Source of the DNA: an uncultured virus (IMG/VR IMGVR_UViG_3300036832_001426)
Taxonomy: Duplodnaviria > Heunggongvirae > Uroviricota > Caudoviricetes
Strand: one strand, 5' to 3'
DNA length: 64,000 nucleotides
IMG/VR virus record: IMGVR_UViG_3300036832_001426
Shown: positions 58,413-64,000 of the stretch, piece after piece
Position numbering within the stretch: position 1 is the first letter of the stretch
Layout of the letters: each line of letters starts with the position of its first letter
Program-made: the position numbers and the translations under genes
Notes under the pieces: model-generated
Database searches by the model: none
What the model saw: only the letters and a program-made list of their open reading frames with translations
Told to the model about the DNA's origin: nothing

Positions 58413-58766
58413 CTAAAACTCCTCGAATTCCCAGTGACCATCTTTCATCCACGTTGCCGCGATGAACTTGATCGGGAAAATTTCCGCGCAGGTCTTCACC
58501 TTCACCCGTGCGTCCTCTTCCCAGCCCGGCTTGCCTGTCGACCATTCCGACTTCACTTCGTGCGCCTCGATGTGCAGATCGTTCAAGACCACGATGAAGT
58601 CGGGCGTGTACCAAGTCCGGTCAGCGAGCCGGAACTTCCAGCACTCGAACGCCCACCAGAGGATCTCGCCGACCAGCATGCGATCCCGCAGCAGGCGCGA
58701 GTACCTCTCCTCGGTGTGGTTCATTCCGCCGCGCTCCCGCGTGGTTGCCAGTCCGCGAACCACCAT
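58413..58766 (-). CDS. PD-(D/E)xK nuclease (DUF1064-like)
   Basis: YTPDF...HEVK..DARVKVK. Confidence 0.78.
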   Translation of the reverse strand: MVVRGLATTRERGGMNHTEERYSRLLRDRMLVGEILWWAFECWKFRLADRTWYTPDFIVVLNDLHIEAHEVKSEWSTGKPGWEEDARVKVKTCAEIFPIKFIAATWMKDGHWEFEEF

Positions 58767-58949
58767 CGCAAATCTCCTTCCGCCGCTTGTGATCCGACCG
58801 CAGATCGCTCTGCTGAATCGAGCCGCCGCGAATCCAGACAGCCAGTCGATGATCGATGTTCAGGTGATCCACCAACGCCATCCAGCTATCGAACTCCTCG
58901 CCGCAGGGCTTGCCTCCGGCGCGTTGATTGACGATGCCGCAGAAAAATT

Positions 58950-59336
58950 TCATACGACGGTCACCGATGCCGATTCGCTCGCGTCACTGGCCTCGATTCT
59001 CGGCGCGATCACTCGCTTTTCTGCCAGTGCGGGGAATTCCCTCCGGCTGAACAGCGGAGACAAGAACTCGACCAGCGGTTCGTTGAAAGCCTGCGCTATC
59101 CGGTTCAGCTCGGTGAGCCGGGGATTCTTGCCGTTGCGTTCATACTGAAAAACGTTGGTGAAAGGCATCTCGCACGCCACCGCAAGCTGGCGCAGCGACA
59201 TGCCGCTCCTGCGACGCCTCAACGACAGATAGCGACTGAAGCGCTCCAGCAAAATCTCCGGCGTCATCGGGGAATTGCGCTTTCGCGCAACCCGCTCGCG
59301 GCGCTTTATTTCTTTCTGAGATATCTTTCGCTTCAT
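58950..59336 (-). CDS. XRE-family HTH regulator
   Basis: LRRRRSGMSLRQLA..VFQYERNGKNP.L..L.RIAQAF. Confidence 0.8.
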   Translation of the reverse strand: MKRKISQKEIKRRERVARKRNSPMTPEILLERFSRYLSLRRRRSGMSLRQLAVACEMPFTNVFQYERNGKNPRLTELNRIAQAFNEPLVEFLSPLFSRREFPALAEKRVIAPRIEASDASESASVTVV

Positions 59337-59593
59337 CTCGAAAGCTCCTGCTCCGGTCTTACATCGACCTCTCCAGATCTTGCCGTCGGGAACCAAGCTC
59401 CTGTCATTCCTCGGCGATGTGGTAGCTCACCCCCTTGAAGATGTGGTTCTTTCCGTTTTTGTCGTTGAACTGCAGGCGGTCGCCGTCTTCGTCTGGCTCG
59501 GTTGCATTGTTGAAGACTTCAACCTCTGTGCCATTGCGCACGTTGATGGTGTATTTGTTGTCGCCGTCCATGTGTCCCACGTTTGGGCTCCTT

Positions 59594-60721
59594 TCACTTT
59601 TCATCAAAATTTAGCGGGATGCCGTTCTGTACGGGCTCAGATGCCGGGCCGGATGTCGCGTCAGCGGGTGTGGACGTCCCAGAGTCCCCCTCTACCGAGG
59701 CGATCTTCTCCGGCCCAGCAGCCTGCGCAGAGTCGGTTTTCCCTTTGTCATCGCTCTGCTTGTCGGTCGGGGCAGCAGCGGGTGCTGATGCCGCAGCACC
59801 CGTTGCTTCAGGAGCCGCTTCCTTCGTAGCGACTTCAGCTGCCCCGGACTTTTCCGTGGGTGCTTCCACGGGTTTCTCGTATTTCTTTTTGATCTGGTCG
59901 AGATTCGATTTCGACTTCTCCGCCAGCTTCGTGTCGGGATGGGCCTCGGGCGTGAAAGCGCGATCCGGCGAGATCTCGTTTTCCCTGATCGCGTTCAGCA
60001 GGCCACGCAGCGCGGTCAGATGTTCGAGCGTGATCTCTTCGAGTCCCTTGACTTCGAGCTTGGCGTAGATCTGCTCCGGCTTCACGCCCACCAGCTGAAA
60101 AGTTTTCAGCATCGCGGTGCGGCGCACGTCGAGAGTCTTGAGATCGCCAGCCACTACGGAACGTGCTGCCGCGTAGAGCTTCTTCCATAGCGGCTTCGGG
60201 ATCCCGCGCAGCACCGCATTGCGCAGCGCAATCGAGCACGCAGCATTCGCGGTGACGGTGATCATGTCGGAGTTGAAGCGGTTGCCGCTGCGATCCGTGA
60301 TGCGCCGCTTCACTTCGTAGGCGACGGCCACGTTGTTCTCCAGATCGAAGAACGTTCCCATGGCGGTGACGAATTCCTGATCCTCGCCGATGGGACGCGC
60401 ACCGCAGCGATTGTTGCCATACGCATGCGCCAGCACTTCGGCGAAGCGCACGCTCGGGCCCTCGATAATTTTCCCGGCGCGAGGCAGCGCGTAGATGCAC
60501 TCTTCCGCCGTCTCCGCGTCCTGCGTGACCAGCTGCATCGCAGTCTGCATGACCTTGGTCATCGGACGCGGGTACTGCTTCGCGGTCGCGATCTGCATGT
60601 CGATCTCGCCCTTCTGCAGCAGCGCCAGCGTTTTCGAATCGAAGACCTGCGCCGGGGCGAGTACTTCGGTTTCTTGCTGCTCATCCGGCTCGGTCGAAGG
60701 GTGCTCAATTGTCACTGCCAT
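59594..60721 (-). CDS. Putative ssDNA-annealing recombinase (RecT-like role)
   Basis: EIDMQIATAKQYPR..YALPR.GK.IEGPSVRFAE; near the YqaJ exonuclease; acidic disordered tail. Confidence 0.65.
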   Translation of the reverse strand: MAVTIEHPSTEPDEQQETEVLAPAQVFDSKTLALLQKGEIDMQIATAKQYPRPMTKVMQTAMQLVTQDAETAEECIYALPRAGKIIEGPSVRFAEVLAHAYGNNRCGARPIGEDQEFVTAMGTFFDLENNVAVAYEVKRRITDRSGNRFNSDMITVTANAACSIALRNAVLRGIPKPLWKKLYAAARSVVAGDLKTLDVRRTAMLKTFQLVGVKPEQIYAKLEVKGLEEITLEHLTALRGLLNAIRENEISPDRAFTPEAHPDTKLAEKSKSNLDQIKKKYEKPVEAPTEKSGAAEVATKEAAPEATGAAASAPAAAPTDKQSDDKGKTDSAQAAGPEKIASVEGDSGTSTPADATSGPASEPVQNGIPLNFDEK

Positions 60722-60736
60722 TTTGTTCTCCTCGTC

Positions 60737-61042
60737 TCATGCGCTCTGCTTCATCACATCTTCGCGGTGCAGCTGACGCAGCGCCTTGTGGGTCACACTC
60801 ACATCACCGACCCGGCCCTTCGGTTCGGTACAGCCCTGATCGCAGGTGCCGAGAATCTTGTCGTGGATGCAGAACACTACGGGCGCAAACATCGTCCGCA
60901 CGTTGTTGAGCGCTTTCGTGATTCCAGCGCCGTGATTGCGTCCATCGCAAATGCACTGGCAGAGGCCGGATTTCGCGTTGTAACAGCGAGCATCGCAACG
61001 CTGCGTCGGGCCCTGTCCGATTTTTTGTGTCATCAAAACCAT
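60737..61042 (-). CDS. Cys-rich small protein
   Basis: CDARCYNA...CQCICDGRNHG. Confidence 0.65.
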   Translation of the reverse strand: MVLMTQKIGQGPTQRCDARCYNAKSGLCQCICDGRNHGAGITKALNNVRTMFAPVVFCIHDKILGTCDQGCTEPKGRVGDVSVTHKALRQLHREDVMKQSA

Positions 61043-61046
61043 GGCG

Positions 61047-61802
61047 TCACCCCTGAATGCGGATTCCGGTCGCGAGCGAGGCCCACGGCTCGACCGCTGT
61101 CTGTTCGTGATAGTCGTTCCACGTCACGATCTGGATGTAGTCGCCTGCGCTCATGTCGCGAGACCAGAACATCTGTCCGGCCTTCGATGGGACCAGACGC
61201 ACGGGCTGCGACTGGTTCCAGCAACTCTTGTTGCGATCCGCTCCGGTGCCGTCGTCGAACATGATGTAGCCGGAGGGCAGCTTCGTCTTGTTCGGCTTCG
61301 GCGGAATCAGGTTCCAGTCGTAGTCAACGTCCTTGAGCCAGTACTGGATCCCGGGCACAGCAGCGAGCACCTTGTCCTTGTTCGCGCCTGTGTTGAAGTC
61401 GAGCACAGGCTTGCCCGGCAGGTAGCACTGCATGTTGAGCAGCTCCTGCGTCTCGGGGTTCTTGAGCGCGTCGATCATCGCCTGCGATTTGTCGGCGGCG
61501 TTCTTCGTCGTCCACGGGTCGTAGCAAAGCGCGAAGGGCATGCCGACTGCGTTGCACGCGATGCCCATTCTCCAAGAGGCTTCGTGCATGAACGGCGACG
61601 CTTTATACCCGTAGGTGAGCGCGATCACGCCTGCGCCGTCGCCGCCGAATGCACGCATGCAGTCAAGCTGTGCTGCGATTACGTTCGGGTCAGTCGAGAT
61701 GTAGCCCTCGGTAGTCTGATCTGCGGGCTCGCCGTTCTTGCCTGCCCAGCCGACCCAGTGAAACAACACAGGCTTGCCCAGACTTTCGCGTAGAGTTTTC
61801 AT
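61047..61802 (-). CDS. GH99/GH71-like glycoside hydrolase domain protein
   Basis: GYISTDPNVIAAQL; IQIVTWNDYHEQTAVEP. Confidence 0.65.
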   Translation of the reverse strand: MKTLRESLGKPVLFHWVGWAGKNGEPADQTTEGYISTDPNVIAAQLDCMRAFGGDGAGVIALTYGYKASPFMHEASWRMGIACNAVGMPFALCYDPWTTKNAADKSQAMIDALKNPETQELLNMQCYLPGKPVLDFNTGANKDKVLAAVPGIQYWLKDVDYDWNLIPPKPNKTKLPSGYIMFDDGTGADRNKSCWNQSQPVRLVPSKAGQMFWSRDMSAGDYIQIVTWNDYHEQTAVEPWASLATGIRIQG

Positions 61803-61813
61803 TGCGCTGCTCC

Positions 61814-62332
61814 TCAGGGAACCAGAATTCCCAATCCGAAACTTCCCGTGTGATAACTGGGCTGCTTGCCGATGCTCGCGGCGTACTCTTCGAGCGCCTG
61901 CCGCACTCCCGCGCCTGCCAGATCAACATCGTGGCAAAGGATCTTGCCGCCCTCGCGCACCAGTGGCGCGTAGATCTTCAATTCGCTGCGCGTCTCTTCG
62001 AGATCGTGGCTGGAGTCGAGGAAGAACACGTCCAGCTCCGACGGGATCGATGCGAGAATTCGCTTGGCATCGACTACCGAGTGCGCGTGCAGGAATGTCC
62101 AGTCGGGGTCGTCGTAGAGGTGCCCGCAGCTCGCGATATCAACCGACCACAGATGCCCGCTGTGGGTTCCCTCATGCTCATGCTCCTTGAGGCCGAGCAG
62201 CAGCGCCGAGGTGGAGATGCCGCCGCGTACTCCAATTTCGAGCACGTAGCCATGGGCTTCGCTGCGCAGGAAGGGCAAGTGTTCGGAGATGTCTGACCAC
62301 TTGCACCCTTCCGCGTAATTGTGTTCGAGCAT
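61814..62332 (-). CDS. Class I SAM methyltransferase (Methyltransf_24-like)
   Basis: VLEIGVRGGIST; SVD; FLDSSH; GG.ILCHD. Confidence 0.82.
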   Translation of the reverse strand: MLEHNYAEGCKWSDISEHLPFLRSEAHGYVLEIGVRGGISTSALLLGLKEHEHEGTHSGHLWSVDIASCGHLYDDPDWTFLHAHSVVDAKRILASIPSELDVFFLDSSHDLEETRSELKIYAPLVREGGKILCHDVDLAGAGVRQALEEYAASIGKQPSYHTGSFGLGILVP

Positions 62333-63444
62333 CACGCGCTTCTCCCGCTGCCCACCGCGTAGATGCGCAGCTGCTTCTCGGTCAGCTTGGTGACGGTGTA
62401 CTTCTTGGCGATCTCGGGCTGCTCTTCGCGCAGCAGCTTCTGATTGAGGCCCGTCCACTTCCCGGCGGCGTGGTAGACGTGCCAACGGCCCTCGACGTCG
62501 GCAGCTTCGACTTCGCCCATTAGCTCGCGGATGCGATCATTCACCAGCTCCAGCGCTTCTTCCGCTGCCTGCTGCTCGGCCAGAACTTTTTCGCGGTCGC
62601 CGAGCGCTTCATCAAGATCCGCGTTGCGAATCTCGACTAGAGGCTTCACGCGATCCCGCTCGCGCAGCATGTACGCCACCTCTGCCGGGTCGAGCATTTC
62701 GCCGCGACACTTCAGCCTGTAGGGACAAACTTTGCATCGCCTGTCGCCGGGATCCTCAAGCTGCGGCATCATGTCGCCGTTCTTCATGCGCCGCCAAAAA
62801 TCTTCGGTGGCCCCGGCGAAGATCTGCATCAGTACCTCGTCGCGCTCGACGTCGAAATACTTCAAGGGCAATCCACCGAAGACGCCGAGGATGATGAACG
62901 CTCCCCATTTATGCCCAGTGCAGAAGAAGCTCCACTGCAGCTGCAGGTTGTGCGAAGCAGGCAGCCCAGCGCGCAGGATGTGGAGGAACATGCCCTCGCC
63001 GTGCGATTTGAGTTCGGCGTCGCCAGTCGGTCGGCTCTGATCGGTGGCGTGCCCGTTCTCGACGATGCGATGCGCAAGGATGATGCGGTCGGTGTGCACG
63101 CCTGCGCCCGGGTGCTCGGGATTGCGCACCAGCCGCGCCCGTTTGATCAGGGCTCGCCCGGTCTGATCCATGTAGTCGCGGGCGGCAATCTCTTCCAGCT
63201 TGTGGCCCCGGTCGTAAAGCGCTTGCAGTTCTTTGCTGATAGTTCGCGAGGGCACGTCGGGCGGCGTCTGCAGCTTGCGATATTGCAGTGCGCGAGCGCA
63301 GCCGCGACCGCTGTATCCCGGTTCGTTCAGCAGTTCGTGAGCCTCGGAGCCGCCAATGAACGTGTGGCGAGTCGCCTCATCCGGGGCTTGCTTGCCCGCG
63401 ACGAGGGACAACATCTCTGAGGCACCAAGCGTTACGTCAGCCAT
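62332..63444 (-). CDS. YqaJ/lambda-exonuclease-family recombination nuclease
   Basis: IGGSE, GH.LE, HTDR, ELKS, QLQW. Confidence 0.82.
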   Translation of the reverse strand: MADVTLGASEMLSLVAGKQAPDEATRHTFIGGSEAHELLNEPGYSGRGCARALQYRKLQTPPDVPSRTISKELQALYDRGHKLEEIAARDYMDQTGRALIKRARLVRNPEHPGAGVHTDRIILAHRIVENGHATDQSRPTGDAELKSHGEGMFLHILRAGLPASHNLQLQWSFFCTGHKWGAFIILGVFGGLPLKYFDVERDEVLMQIFAGATEDFWRRMKNGDMMPQLEDPGDRRCKVCPYRLKCRGEMLDPAEVAYMLRERDRVKPLVEIRNADLDEALGDREKVLAEQQAAEEALELVNDRIRELMGEVEAADVEGRWHVYHAAGKWTGLNQKLLREEQPEIAKKYTVTKLTEKQLRIYAVGSGRSA

Positions 63445-63634
63445 GGCGGGCCTCGCAAGTTTTCAGTTATGTGGGTTTGGAAGTATCGGTGTGAAGGGCA
63501 CCGTCTTTTGCGCTTCCAATCGTCTGCGCGGTCACAAAACGATTTTGAGAAACTACGCTCGCGGAACCATTTCTGTCAATAGGGAAAGTTCGCAGGGTGG
63601 TACACTCTCGCCCAAACCCGCGCCGTTATTGCTC

Positions 63635-64000
63635 TCAGGCCGACACGCGTGATTCATGGGCGGAGTGCTGCGAATCAGTTTTGCACAGGGCCGCTTTCAG
63701 AATGTCGATCTCTCGAATCTTCGAGAACAGGTGAAAGCCCCGCTCCTGATAGCAGAGCCGCTCTTCGGTGGCATCGAGCAGGCGCAGGCACTCCTCGACC
63801 AGCTTGTCGTAGGGAACATCCGCCACTGCTCCGACCAGCGCCAGCGGGAAATCGTCAGAGGTCTCCGAGACCACGCACTTCATGTTGGCCAGCAGGTAAG
63901 AAGTACGAACCCATTCGAAGATGCGCGGGGAATCGTAGTAGTGCAGGTTCAGCACAATGCGGCTGCGGGAGATGGCATCATCGCGCATCCTGCCGAAGCG
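63635..64000 (-). CDS. Glycosyltransferase-like protein, C-terminal part (runs off the window)
   Basis: RD..I.RSRIVLNLHYY..IFEWVR..YLLAN..CVVSE (GT-B C-terminal-like). Confidence 0.65.
   Translation of the reverse strand, partial: RFGRMRDDAISRSRIVLNLHYYDSPRIFEWVRTSYLLANMKCVVSETSDDFPLALVGAVADVPYDKLVEECLRLLDATEERLCYQERGFHLFSKIREIDILKAALCKTDSQHSAHESRVSA

Larger units (their letters stand above)
1..64000. mobile_element. Temperate podovirus-like tailed phage genome (near complete, no host flanks seen)
   Basis: Terminase, portal, capsid, tail, ejection, primase, integrase/Xis and YqaJ/annealase modules. Phage genes lie on both sides of the attP-like region and no housekeeping genes are seen. Confidence 0.93.

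Noticed and set aside
1..64000. Diversity-generating retroelement, retron or recognisable defence system
   Set aside because: No reverse transcriptase motif or TR/VR pair noticed by eye; a self-alignment would be needed to exclude this fully

Overview
The whole window is phage: most of the genome of a GC-rich temperate, podovirus-like tailed phage. It has ejection proteins and tail adaptor/nozzle genes but no tape measure gene. An Acidobacteriota-like soil host is my inference from the style of its secreted CAZymes and integrase. Gene order: secreted PKD/beta-helix protein; short leftward operon; replication module (two initiator-like genes with internal repeats, primase-helicase); accessory ORFs (stand-alone RNAP alpha-CTD, a Gly-Gly-tailed protein with a Cys-bearing partner); late/structural operon (terS, split terL, portal, scaffold, capsid, GT2, adaptor, nozzle, ejection proteins, 2259-aa polyvalent protein); leftward accessory ORFs; candidate sRNA, tRNA-Phe, attP-like arms, integrase and Xis; leftward recombination module interleaved with glycoside hydrolases, a methyltransferase and a glycosyltransferase. 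Four signals stand out. (1) Five unrelated late proteins end in the same tag [KR]-x-N-x-[LFM]-Y-G-G-stop. (2) Four of those genes lie inside a 2-kb, seven-gene block that separates the ATPase and nuclease halves of terL. (3) Small genes with their own RBS are overprinted in the +1 frame of the polyvalent gene, directly behind its putative enzymatic domains. (4) There is a ubiquitin-like GG protein next to a Cys-enzyme-like partner. Family assignments come from motif recognition by eye; no database search was run.
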